Part shown: piece after piece, positions 25,943 through 35,160 of the stretch
Layout: every line of letters starts with the position of its first letter
Numbering within the stretch: the first letter of the stretch is position 1
Assembly (NCBI GenBank): GCA_040389605.1
Contig: JAZJZU010000019.1
Location: forward strand, 1-51,553
DNA from: Gemmatimonadota bacterium
Lineage (GTDB): Bacteria > Gemmatimonadota > Gemmatimonadetes > Gemmatimonadales > GWC2-71-9
Direction of reading: 5' to 3'
Length of the DNA: 51,553 bases
Program-made: the position numbers and the translations under genes
The notes under the pieces: model-generated
What the model saw: only the letters and a program-made list of their open reading frames with translations
The model's database searches: none
What the model was told of the DNA's origin: nothing

Positions 25943-27085
25943 CTACATCGCGAGCAGCGCGCGGGCGATCACCATCCGCTGAATCTCACTGGTGCCTTCG
26001 CCAATGGTGCAGAGCATCACATCGCGATAGAACTTCTCGGCCGGATATTCCTTGATGAAGCCGTATCCGCCGAAGATCTGCACCGTCTTCTGGGTCGCCC
26101 GTACCGCCGTTTCCGAGGCGTAGAGCTTCGCCATCGACGACCAGTGGGTGGTCTTCTCGCCGGCATCCTTCATGGCCGCCGCCCGATAACAGAGCAACCG
26201 CGCCGCCTCGATCTCGGTAGCCATATCGGAGAGCATGAACTGGATGGCCTGGAAGCCCGCAATCGGCTGCCCGAACGCCGTGCGTTCCTTGGCGTACTTG
26301 AGCGCCGACTCATAGGCACCCCGCGCAATACCCACCGCGAGTGCGCCGATGGAAATGCGGCCGCCGTCCAGCACCTTCATCGCATCGATGAATCCGTAGC
26401 CCACCTTGCCAAGCACATTCTCCGCCGGCACGCGGCAATTCTCGAGCACCAGCTCGGCCGTGTCGGAGGTTCGCATGCCGAGCTTGTTCTCTTTCTTCCC
26501 GGCGCGAATGCCGGGGCGATCCATCTCGATCACGAACGCCGTGATGCCGTGACGCTTGTCGTTCTTGTCGGTGACGGCCAGCACCACCGCGACCTGGGCG
26601 TAGGTCGTGTTGGTAATGAAGTTCTTGGTGCCGTTGAGCACCCACTCGTCGCCGTCCTTCACCGCGCTGCAGCGCAGTCCTGCCGCATCGCTTCCGGAGG
26701 CGGGCTCAGTCAGCGCCCAGCAGCCGATCCATTCCCCGCTCGTGAGCTTGGGGAGGTACCGCATCCGCTGTTCCTCGTTGCCGCCGAGAAAGATGTGCCC
26801 GGAGCAGAGCGAGTTGTGCGCGGCCACCGCGAGGGCAACGCCTGACTCGACCGCAGCAAGCTCTTCGATGATGTTGACGTAGTCGACGTAGCTCAGTCCT
26901 GCGCCGCCATATTGCTCAGGAAAGATCGCGCCGAGCATTCCCAGCTCGCCGAGCTTCTTGATGGTCTCCAGCGGAAAATGCTGCGCCTCATCCCATTCCA
27001 TCACGTGCGGCTGAATCTCACGCTCGGCGAAATCTCGCACCATCTGCTTGACCTGCTCCTGCTCTTCCGTCAACCTGAAATCCAT
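25943..27085 (-). CDS. acyl-CoA dehydrogenase (short/medium-chain type)
   Basis: MDFRLTEEQ start, WALTEPASGSDAAG, FGQPIAGFQAIQFMLSDM and IGEGTSEIQRMVIAR. The start is set at ATG 27085. Confidence 0.9.
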   Translation of the reverse strand: MDFRLTEEQEQVKQMVRDFAEREIQPHVMEWDEAQHFPLETIKKLGELGMLGAIFPEQYGGAGLSYVDYVNIIEELAAVESGVALAVAAHNSLCSGHIFLGGNEEQRMRYLPKLTSGEWIGCWALTEPASGSDAAGLRCSAVKDGDEWVLNGTKNFITNTTYAQVAVVLAVTDKNDKRHGITAFVIEMDRPGIRAGKKENKLGMRTSDTAELVLENCRVPAENVLGKVGYGFIDAMKVLDGGRISIGALAVGIARGAYESALKYAKERTAFGQPIAGFQAIQFMLSDMATEIEAARLLCYRAAAMKDAGEKTTHWSSMAKLYASETAVRATQKTVQIFGGYGFIKEYPAEKFYRDVMLCTIGEGTSEIQRMVIARALLAM

Positions 27086-27173
27086 CAGCTCGTCACTCCC
27101 ACGCTGGTGATGAGGCACGCTTTTGCTGGTGCCAATCTAGCTTGCCGTGCTGCCGCCCCGGGTACTGCTGGAC

Positions 27174-27578
27174 TCAGCCTGACAGCATCGCTGACGGAAT
27201 CCGGACACCCCGGCCAGCGATCCAGCCACCGAAGACCGCCGACTCCAGTCGGCCGAAATTGCCGGCAATGTGCATCCAGTGGAACTCCGTCCCGTTCCCG
27301 ACCAAGAGGGCCACGTCGAGGGCGATGACGAGCACCCCTACGATCAGGCCGTGCAGCACCCGATGGCTAGGCAGAGGCCGCGCCACCCAGTAGGCCGCAC
27401 CCAGGGCCGCGAAGCCTGCCACGAACGCCTCAACCCAGCGCAGCAGGGTCGAAGGGTCGCGCGCCACCGCTGCCGCGTCGGCCGATCCCTGTGAGCCCAT
27501 CAGCAACGCCATCGCAGCCAACGGAACCACCGCCGCCACTGCCGCCGCCACCGAAATTCGTCCCCAATGCAATGCCAT
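27174..27578 (-). CDS. small integral membrane protein, function unknown
   Basis: Four hydrophobic segments. The start is set at ATG 27578 with GGAGG 5 nt upstream; the first codon of the track ORF is TTG at 27641. Confidence 0.5.
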   Translation of the reverse strand: MALHWGRISVAAAVAAVVPLAAMALLMGSQGSADAAAVARDPSTLLRWVEAFVAGFAALGAAYWVARPLPSHRVLHGLIVGVLVIALDVALLVGNGTEFHWMHIAGNFGRLESAVFGGWIAGRGVRIPSAMLSG

Positions 27579-27694
27579 CGAATCCTCCAGCTGGGTCGCC
27601 GAGCCGGTGCCCATTATGACAGGGTCAGGACGATCCGCCAACCTCCGCCACTCGCGCGCATCCGGGTTAATACTGTTCCCGAACGAAACGTGAC

Positions 27695-28243
27695 CTACGC
27701 CTCGGCTGGGGCTGGCGACGCGTTCAGGCGATAGACCACGATCGGTGCGCCATTGAGCACGGTCTCGCGATCGAAGTGCATCCCCACCTTTTCCATCACT
27801 TTCCGCGATCCGATGTTCTCGGGATGCGTGAGCGCGATGAGCGACTCCGCGCCGAGGACCTCGAACCCCATTCGAAGACAGGCCCGGGCCACCTCGCTCG
27901 CGAGACCCTGGCCCCAGTATGGCTTGAAGAAGAGGTAGCCGATCTCGATCTCGTCGCGTCCATCGAGCTGCAATCCCCGCAGGCAGCCGAGCCCGATCAC
28001 AGCGTCGTCGTCCTGTCCGGTGAGCAGGTACACGCCGTAACCGAACTCGTCCCAGTGGCGCAGGTTGCGTTCGAAGTAGGCCGCGGTCTGTTCCGCGTCC
28101 CGGACCCCACCGAGATGCGCCATCACATCGGGATCGCTGTGGAGTCGCTGCACATCCGCCACGTGACTTGGCAGCAGACGATATCCCCGCAGTCGCGGGG
28201 TCTCGAAAGCGTCGAGATCGTGCTGCGCGCTATCGCGAGACAT
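27695..28243 (-). CDS. GNAT-family N-acetyltransferase (RimJ/RimL-like)
   Basis: IGYLFFKPYWGQGLASEVARACLRMGF is the acetyl-CoA binding motif, followed by HPENIGSRKVMEKVGM. The start at ATG 28243 lies 14 nt inside the 3' end of the upstream LtaS-like gene. Confidence 0.85.
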   Translation of the reverse strand: MSRDSAQHDLDAFETPRLRGYRLLPSHVADVQRLHSDPDVMAHLGGVRDAEQTAAYFERNLRHWDEFGYGVYLLTGQDDDAVIGLGCLRGLQLDGRDEIEIGYLFFKPYWGQGLASEVARACLRMGFEVLGAESLIALTHPENIGSRKVMEKVGMHFDRETVLNGAPIVVYRLNASPAPAEA

Positions 28244-30143
28244 AGTCCTCCACCAGCAGTTGCAAGAGCGATTGGCCTGCCTGAACACCGGTTGAGTCAA
28301 TCCTGCCGAGGCTGGCGATCCGTCTCCGGCCGATATTGTCCCACGCGACCGCCCCGGAATCAGTGACCAGCCCCCAGCCGTCGGTAAAGGTGAACCAGGC
28401 CCACGACGACGCGTTGCGGGCCAGGAGGTTTCGGCTCCAGCGATAGGCGGTACCATCGAACCCGAGTTGCGCGAGCAGGGTACGCGGAATGTCGACTTGG
28501 CCTCCGACCCCGTGGATGACAGTGTCTCGCCGGGCAAGCGCGCCACCGACCCACAACATCGGAATGGAGAAAGTCTCCCACTTCCTCGACGACTGCAGCG
28601 AGTCAAGCTCGGGGAGTCGATGTCCGTGGTCGGCCACGATCACGATGAGCGTGCTGTCCCACCACGACTGTTGCCGAGCCCGGCGCACAAACGCACCGAT
28701 GCTCTGGTCGGTGTACAAGTGCGAATTGAGAAAGCGGCTTCGTTCGTCCGAACCCGGAATCCGTGTTTCCATGGGCACAATGAACGGCTCGTGGCTGCTC
28801 AGGGTAAACAGGGTCACGAAAAACGGCCGCGGCATCGCCGCGAGGTCACCCTCGAGTCGGCCCAGCACCACGTGGTCGTCGGCGCCCCAGGACGAATGCC
28901 GGTCCTCGGGTCGGAATGCGCTCGCCGTCACGAGGGAATCGAAGCCGGCTTGCAACAGATACGACTTGAAGTTGGTGAACTCGGGGTCGCCCCCGTAGTA
29001 GAAGCGACTGTGGTATCCGGCCCTTGCGAAGTCGTGCGGAAGCGCCGGCAGCGTGGCGCTCTTGCGCGGATGCTGAATGATTTCCGTCGCCGGCTGCGCC
29101 GGATAGCCGCTCAGAACGCCGGTGAGCCCCTCGGGGCTGCGGTCGCCGGTGGCAAAGAAATGATCAAATAGCACGCCATCGTGGATCAGCGAATCGAATT
29201 GCGGCGTGACGCCAGGTACTCCGCCAAGTCGTTCCACGACCTTGGACGTCAGACTCTCCCACAAGATGATGATCACATTGGGTCGCGCGATCCGCAGCAG
29301 CTCGACCTCCGGCACTGGCTCGCTCGCGAGGAGGGAGCCCACCGTGGCCTTCGCCTGCTCCGGTGGGAGCACCCGGTAGGCGTTGGTCGTATCGTAGGTT
29401 CGCCACCAGATCGAATCAAAAAAATTCCAGTCAGCATTGATCGCCGCCTGGTTCGCGAAGGCGTCCCGCGAGAAGTACACCGTGCTCTGCGTCATCGGCT
29501 GTTTCTGAAAGCCGCCGCGCGCCGGGTAGTAGAGAAACCAGCAGAGCCCGCCAAGCAGGGCGAATGTCGGCAAGGCGGCATACCAGCGAATGCGCTGCCA
29601 GCCCGCAAGCTCGGATAAAAAGAGGTGCGTGAACCACCACGCCGCCAGTGCCAGCAGCAAAACCAGGATCAGCACCAGCAACACCATCGGCGACGCGCCT
29701 GCCGACGCAAACATCTCGCGCGGCATGTTCAGGTAGCGCAGGATGGCGCCGTCGATCCGGAAGCCCCAGACCCGGAACAACTCCAGGTCGATCACGGCAA
29801 TCAGGGTCAGCAGCAGGAGCATTCCGCCCGTCACCAGCTTCACCACCACCCGACCAACCGCAGGGAGAAAGAGCGAAACGGCCGTGAACGCAAAGACGAC
29901 CACCGCGGGGTAGGCGGTCGCGGCCATATCCATCCGGGCACCGTAGCCGAGTGCCCGCGCCGCAGCACCGAATCCGCTCTGCTCGGTTTCGCGCAAGTGA
30001 TACCAGAGGAAGGCAAGCCGAAGGACGCCGAAGTAGAGCATCCACGCAGCGAAATACGCGACGCAGAAGCCGATCCGTCGACCGGCCGCCGCCCAGCCGT
30101 CGTGACCCGTCAGAGTCGTTGCATCTGCCCTGCTTGTCGACAT
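28230..30143 (-). CDS. LTA-synthase/phosphoglycerol-transferase family protein (membrane-anchored sulfatase-fold enzyme)
   Basis: 637 aa with 5 N-terminal TM helices, then NVIIILWESLT, GDRSPEGLTGVLSG and VIVADHGH, which are motifs of the alkaline-phosphatase superfamily. Confidence 0.85.
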   Translation of the reverse strand: MSTSRADATTLTGHDGWAAAGRRIGFCVAYFAAWMLYFGVLRLAFLWYHLRETEQSGFGAAARALGYGARMDMAATAYPAVVVFAFTAVSLFLPAVGRVVVKLVTGGMLLLLTLIAVIDLELFRVWGFRIDGAILRYLNMPREMFASAGASPMVLLVLILVLLLALAAWWFTHLFLSELAGWQRIRWYAALPTFALLGGLCWFLYYPARGGFQKQPMTQSTVYFSRDAFANQAAINADWNFFDSIWWRTYDTTNAYRVLPPEQAKATVGSLLASEPVPEVELLRIARPNVIIILWESLTSKVVERLGGVPGVTPQFDSLIHDGVLFDHFFATGDRSPEGLTGVLSGYPAQPATEIIQHPRKSATLPALPHDFARAGYHSRFYYGGDPEFTNFKSYLLQAGFDSLVTASAFRPEDRHSSWGADDHVVLGRLEGDLAAMPRPFFVTLFTLSSHEPFIVPMETRIPGSDERSRFLNSHLYTDQSIGAFVRRARQQSWWDSTLIVIVADHGHRLPELDSLQSSRKWETFSIPMLWVGGALARRDTVIHGVGGQVDIPRTLLAQLGFDGTAYRWSRNLLARNASSWAWFTFTDGWGLVTDSGAVAWDNIGRRRIASLGRIDSTGVQAGQSLLQLLVEDYVSR

Positions 30144-30326
30144 GCCACTCCCTTGCTGGTAGCTCGACCCGCCCCAGTTGCCACGCGCGCACCGAAACTA
30201 GGCGGAATTCCCCTGCCGGTCCATCACGCCGCCAGCGAATCCGCTACTTTTCGTCCAGAAGAACTGGCAAACGTGCGCACGCTGGCGCCCGGAGCCGTCC
30301 CCGCTCAGACGGACCGGAGCCCGCTT

Positions 30327-31037
30327 ATGGCGAAGCGTCAAAATTACGGATTCGAAAAGCGTCAGAAGGACCTCAAGAAGCAGCAGAAGCGGGACGACAA
30401 GGCCGAGAAGAAGCGGCTCCGTGAGCTGCTGGTCGACCCGACCGCGCCGCTCTCCGACGAAGCCCAGGAACAGGTGCGTGCCCTGCTTGCGGAGGGGTGG
30501 TCGATCTGGGAGGAGTTCAGCGAGAAGAACGCACCAGGCGAGTTCCATCCCTTCATTGCGGCCGACTACGAGACCGTCCTCGCTGCCCTGCTCCCGCGGC
30601 GAGGCCCAGGTCTCAAGTTTCTGGAGTGGGGTTCGGCAACCGGCGTGATCACCGTAATGGCCGATATGCTAGGGTTTGAGGCATTCGGCATCGAGCTCGA
30701 CACCCAGCTCGTCCAGACCGCTCGCGGGCTTGCTGCGCGGCACTTTTCGGAAGCACGCTTTGCGGAAGGCTCGTTCCTCCCGAACGGGTATCAGTACAAG
30801 CCGGCGAGCGGCGACGGCAGGATCGCCACCATCGGCACTGGCTCCTCGGGGTACCTCGAACTCGCTCACCCACTGGACGAGTTCGACGTGGTGTTCGCCT
30901 TCCCCTGGGGCGGCGAGGAGCCGATGATGCTCGACCTGATGGCGGCCTACGGCCGTCCCGACGCGTATCTCCTGCTGAACACGGTCAACAACGGCGTCCA
31001 GACCTACCAGGGCGGCAAGCTCCTCCCTGCGGAGTGA
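30327..31037 (+). CDS. class-I SAM-methyltransferase-like protein with a Lys/Arg-rich N-terminal tail
   Basis: ATG 30327 lies in the frame of track ORF 29625..31037. FLEWGSATGVITV resembles methyltransferase motif I. The N-terminus is MAKRQNYGFEKRQKDLKKQQKRDDKAEKKRLRE. Confidence 0.6.
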   Translation: MAKRQNYGFEKRQKDLKKQQKRDDKAEKKRLRELLVDPTAPLSDEAQEQVRALLAEGWSIWEEFSEKNAPGEFHPFIAADYETVLAALLPRRGPGLKFLEWGSATGVITVMADMLGFEAFGIELDTQLVQTARGLAARHFSEARFAEGSFLPNGYQYKPASGDGRIATIGTGSSGYLELAHPLDEFDVVFAFPWGGEEPMMLDLMAAYGRPDAYLLLNTVNNGVQTYQGGKLLPAE

Positions 31038-31043
31038 CCGCCC

Positions 31044-32189
31044 CTATTTCGGAAAACCGGCGCGAGCGATGCCAGGAATAATACGGAGCGCATTGCCGTA
31101 GTAGAGCTGCCTCAGCACGGGATCGGGCAAACCGATCCCATAGAGTTTCCAGAAGGCGTGATAATCGCGGTAGTAGTCGAAGTAATCATCGTTGGTCTCG
31201 AACACACGCCAGTAGTAGGGATACTCATCGGGCTGATAGCTGTCTTTCCCAAACAGCAACCGGTCCTGATACTTCACGAAGAAGTCGTGCGCACTCCGCG
31301 GCTGTCTCCCAATGTCATACAGCACCGCTCCCACTTCGGCATACAGATTCGGCATCGCATCGAACATCCGGCCGAGCCGCGCGAGATCCTGCGCGTGCCA
31401 ACCCAGGTGCGCCAGCACCCAGATGGTATTGGGATGCTTCCGCAGCATCCGATCGCGCTCGGCCATCAACTCTTCGAATGCCGGATAGCGGGTGCTGTCC
31501 TGATACCGGCGCTCGGGATAGATGGCCTGTTCCAGCCAGCGCTCATTGTGAAAATCGAGCGGCGCCCAGAACTCCGCCGGATCACCGGTGTGAATGAACA
31601 CCGGGATCTTCAGTCGTGCCGCCGTTTCCCAGACAATGTCGAGCTCGGGATCATCGAGATGCAACCTGCTGCCGTCGCTGCGGCGGGAGCTCATCCCGAA
31701 ACCCTTCATGATCTCGCCCACTCCCACAGCGCCCGCCTTCACGTCGGCCTCGAGCTGTGCGGCGATGCGCGCGCCCGATCCCGCGCCAACGTCGCGCAGG
31801 TTGAGCGTCGTGAACATCACGAAGCGATCGGCGTACCTGCTCCCCTTGATGGCGGCGAGCTGCTGCACCAGGCGATCGCCCGAGGTGCCGTTGGCATTCA
31901 CCATCACCTGCAGGTTGAGCGAATCCATTCCTGCCCCGACGCGCTCGATGATGTCGTTGGTCAGCAGCGCCGGCGGATGGCCATGGATGTCGATGACGGG
32001 ATACTTCGCCCGTGGCACGAGGTGCACTGGAACCACCAGCGTTGACCTCGGCTGGTACTCCACGATGGTTGGGGCGGGAAGTTGTGGAACCCGACCCTGC
32101 GCGGGGCGAGGAACGATCTGCCCAGGCGTCTGCTGCGCCGCGGCCGGCAACACGATCAGGGAGAGCAGGCAGCTGAGCCACGCACGCAT
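31044..32189 (-). CDS. secreted amidohydrolase-family (TIM-barrel metal hydrolase) protein
   Basis: VIDIHGHP (the HxH metal motif), IPVFIHTGD and WVLAHLGW. Start at ATG 32189 with a GGAG SD and the signal peptide MRAWLSCLLSLIVLPAAAQQ. Confidence 0.8.
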   Translation of the reverse strand: MRAWLSCLLSLIVLPAAAQQTPGQIVPRPAQGRVPQLPAPTIVEYQPRSTLVVPVHLVPRAKYPVIDIHGHPPALLTNDIIERVGAGMDSLNLQVMVNANGTSGDRLVQQLAAIKGSRYADRFVMFTTLNLRDVGAGSGARIAAQLEADVKAGAVGVGEIMKGFGMSSRRSDGSRLHLDDPELDIVWETAARLKIPVFIHTGDPAEFWAPLDFHNERWLEQAIYPERRYQDSTRYPAFEELMAERDRMLRKHPNTIWVLAHLGWHAQDLARLGRMFDAMPNLYAEVGAVLYDIGRQPRSAHDFFVKYQDRLLFGKDSYQPDEYPYYWRVFETNDDYFDYYRDYHAFWKLYGIGLPDPVLRQLYYGNALRIIPGIARAGFPK

Positions 32190-32276
32190 CGACAACTCCG
32201 GGAGGTGGGTTAGCCGTGAAGTCGGCACCAGCAAGTAGTACGGTCCGGCGGACGGTGGAGTTCCGCCCGGTGGCCG

Positions 32277-33857
32277 TTACCAGTCAGTGGGCTTGTAGTC
32301 CTTGAGAAACTGACCCCAGATATGCACGCCGGTATTGAAGCCGGCGATGATCGGATCCACGATTCGCGCCGCCCCGTCCACAATATCCAGCGGCGGATGG
32401 AACCGGTGTTCCGCGGTCTTCCGCGCAGCAATCTCGACCGGATCCTCGTCGGTCACCCATCCGGTATCGATGGCATTCATATGAATGCCATCGCCGTGAT
32501 AGTCGGTGGCCGCCGTCCGCGTCATCATGTTGAGCGCGGCCTTTGCCATATTGGTGTGCGGGTGCCGCGTGGTCTTCCAGCGCCGGTAGAATTGCCCTTC
32601 CACGGCAGACACATTCACAATGTGCTTGTCGCGTTCCGGCGTGCGCATCATCAGCGGCTTCAGTCGCGCGTTGATGATGAATGGTGCAATGGCATTGACG
32701 AGCTGCACCTCGAGCAACTCGACCGATGGCACCTCCGCCATCAGCAGCCGCCACGAATTGCGCCCGCGCAAATCCACCTGCTGCAGGTCCTGGTCGAGCC
32801 GCCCCTGTGGAAAGAGCGCGCCCTGTGCCTCCAGTTCCTCCGGCAACAGCGGTACCTGAGACAGCTCGGCCGCGTGCGTGAGCCCCGCCACCGCCGAGAT
32901 CTGGCGATCGAACGTGGCTGGCAGGACACCACCAGCCTCCGCCTCTGGAAGCATGTGGTACCCGCGCAGCCCCTCGTAGCGACCGAGCAAGCGGCGAACC
33001 GGTTCACTCATCTCCTGGATCGCGGCCGTCTCGCCGTCCATCATATGCTGATAGAAGTCGGGGGGGCGTCGCACCGTCTGGCAGGCGTTATTGACGATGA
33101 AGTCGAGTCGATCACGAGTCTCCAGCAGCTCGTGACAGAACGCCTCGACGCTCGGTGTGTGGCGCAAGTCGAGGCCGAAAATCTCCAGCCGATGACCCCA
33201 CTCCCCAAAGTCCGGCTCCTGCGCGTAGCGCATCGCGGAATCGCGTGGGAAGCGGGTGGTGACGATCAGCGACGCCCCCGCGCGGAGCAATTTGAGACCG
33301 GCCTGATAGCCGATCTTCACCCGCCCACCGGTGAGCAGTGCCACCCGTCCGCTCAGGTCGGCCAGTTCGGTCCGCTTGCGGAAGTTCAACTCGGCACAGC
33401 TCGGACAGAGCTGGTCGTAGAAGTGGTGCACTTCAGTGAAATCCTGCTTGCAGACATAGCAATGCAGTCGTTCCATTGGCTCCCGGAAGTCCGGGTCGCC
33501 CTCGACGTCACCCTGCTCGAAATCGGCAGGCGGGAAGAAATTCGGAGTCGTGAAGACGGTCTGCCGCCGAAGGGCACGGATGCCCGTCTCGGAGAGGACC
33601 TTCTCCTCGCGTCCCACGCGGTCGGCCTTGCGCTGCTTGATGGTCGCCTTGACCATCCGGCGGCGCGCGCTGGTATCGGGGTTGTAGACCAGCCCGGCGG
33701 CATTGATCAGCCGGTGGCGCTCGGCGTCTGGCATCGAGGTGAGCACCCCCCTGTCGGCCACGATGGCCTCGAGGGCCTCGAGGGCAATGCGGAGGCGCTC
33801 AAGGTCAGTGGAATCACCATTCGGGTCAGGCGGGCTGGTATGTTCGGACGTCGTCAT
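32277..33857 (-). CDS. long SDR-family oxidoreductase with an N-terminal extension containing a CxxC...CxxC zinc-ribbon-like element
   Basis: 526 aa. [22 protein letters not shown] is followed by [31 protein letters not shown] (Rossmann) and a catalytic Y/K region ([20 protein letters not shown]). Confidence 0.8.
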   Translation of the reverse strand: MTTSEHTSPPDPNGDSTDLERLRIALEALEAIVADRGVLTSMPDAERHRLINAAGLVYNPDTSARRRMVKATIKQRKADRVGREEKVLSETGIRALRRQTVFTTPNFFPPADFEQGDVEGDPDFREPMERLHCYVCKQDFTEVHHFYDQLCPSCAELNFRKRTELADLSGRVALLTGGRVKIGYQAGLKLLRAGASLIVTTRFPRDSAMRYAQEPDFGEWGHRLEIFGLDLRHTPSVEAFCHELLETRDRLDFIVNNACQTVRRPPDFYQHMMDGETAAIQEMSEPVRRLLGRYEGLRGYHMLPEAEAGGVLPATFDRQISAVAGLTHAAELSQVPLLPEELEAQGALFPQGRLDQDLQQVDLRGRNSWRLLMAEVPSVELLEVQLVNAIAPFIINARLKPLMMRTPERDKHIVNVSAVEGQFYRRWKTTRHPHTNMAKAALNMMTRTAATDYHGDGIHMNAIDTGWVTDEDPVEIAARKTAEHRFHPPLDIVDGAARIVDPIIAGFNTGVHIWGQFLKDYKPTDW

Positions 33858-33933
33858 GGGGCCAAGGGTAATCCCTCGGCCCCTGAGGTCAACGACCCCA
33901 TACAGGTGGGGTCATCATCTTCGGGGGCCCCCG

Positions 33934-34560
33934 ATGCTGGCCAACTGGATCACGCTCTCGCGTTTCCCACTGCTGCTCCTGATCGCCCTCATCCTCTATC
34001 AGGGCAGCCCGACGCTGCGGCTTCTGGGCGTCGGCCTCCTCTTCGTGGGCCTGATGCTCGATACGGTGGACGGTGTGGTCGCGCGCCGGAGCGGCCAGAC
34101 CTCGCTCTTCGGCAGCGTACTCGATATTGCGGCCGACCGGACCTACGAACTGGTGCTCTGGGTCGTGTTTGCCGACCTCGCGATGATTCCGGTCATCATC
34201 CCGCTCGTGGTCGTGGCCCGTACGACGCTCACCGATGCCTTCCGGAGCATCGGCGTGGCCCAGGGAATTCCCCCGTTCGACCAGCACCGCTCGCGGCTGG
34301 GTCGCTTCCTGGTCGGCTCACCGCCGATGCGGATCGGCTATTCGGTCAGCAAGGTGGTGACCTTCTGCGGCCTGGCACTCGCGCAGGCGCTCGCCGGCGG
34401 AAATCCGGACTCGCGCTCTACGTCGCTCGCCTCCGACTTGCTGCGGATATTTCAGGCCACAGCGTGGGTCGCCCTCGCCTTCTGCGTCTTTCGCGGCTTG
34501 CCGGTGATCGTGGCGAACCTCAGGCGCTACTGGGGCACGCCGGCAGATGCCAGGACGTGA
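33934..34560 (+). CDS. CDP-alcohol phosphatidyltransferase family protein
   Basis: DTVDGVVARRSGQTSLFGSVLDIAADR matches D(x)2DG(x)2AR...G(x)3D(x)3D. It has multiple TM helices. ATG 33934. Confidence 0.8.
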   Translation: MLANWITLSRFPLLLLIALILYQGSPTLRLLGVGLLFVGLMLDTVDGVVARRSGQTSLFGSVLDIAADRTYELVLWVVFADLAMIPVIIPLVVVARTTLTDAFRSIGVAQGIPPFDQHRSRLGRFLVGSPPMRIGYSVSKVVTFCGLALAQALAGGNPDSRSTSLASDLLRIFQATAWVALAFCVFRGLPVIVANLRRYWGTPADART

Positions 34561-34570
34561 TGGGGTGTCT

Positions 34571-35077
34571 TCAGGGCCTGGCGGGCAGGGAGTAGCTGAA
34601 TTCGTAGGAGTGGTCCTTCCCCGCAATGATGATCACGAACGTGCCCTTCAGGCCCGTGAGGGCTTCGGTCCCTGAATCGGGAATCACCGTGACCGTGAGC
34701 GACTGCTCGCCACCCGCCATCCAGGCGGAGTGCTGCAGGGAGAAGGAGCCGTACCGGCCATTGAGCGTCCCGGTCACTCGCTCGATCGCCACGTAGGCGG
34801 CCGAGCCAGTGACCAGCGTCCCGCTGGCCAGCATCTGCCCCTTGCTGGTGCCCTCAAGATCGCCGTGCAGGGTCTTCTCGATCGACATCCGGCCAAGCTG
34901 CGCAGCATCCGCAATCTCGTCCGAAGGCAGCCGGTCCATCGTCACGTCGAACGTGCCCCTGGCAATCGCTGTCACACGGTTCTCCTGGTGAATGGTGCTC
35001 GAGGGTCGGTTCGTGCCCTGAGCCGCCGCCGGTCCGGCGAGCATACACGCCAGGCCGATGGAACATTGTATTCGCAT
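34571..35077 (-). CDS. secreted DUF3224-like beta-barrel protein
   Basis: Start at ATG 35077, signal peptide MRIQCSIGLACMLAGPAAAQG. TLHGDLEGTSKGQML...YVAIERVTGTLNGRYGSFSLQH...GTGxLxGLKG resembles DUF3224. The family call is from memory. Confidence 0.65.
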   Translation of the reverse strand: MRIQCSIGLACMLAGPAAAQGTNRPSSTIHQENRVTAIARGTFDVTMDRLPSDEIADAAQLGRMSIEKTLHGDLEGTSKGQMLASGTLVTGSAAYVAIERVTGTLNGRYGSFSLQHSAWMAGGEQSLTVTVIPDSGTEALTGLKGTFVIIIAGKDHSYEFSYSLPARP

Positions 35078-35160
35078 TGGTTGGTCCCTGAGGGGTGCAT
35101 ACGACACACGGCAGGCCGGTGCGCTGGCCTGCCGTGTGTCGCAAAGGTAACTGGCCGAGC

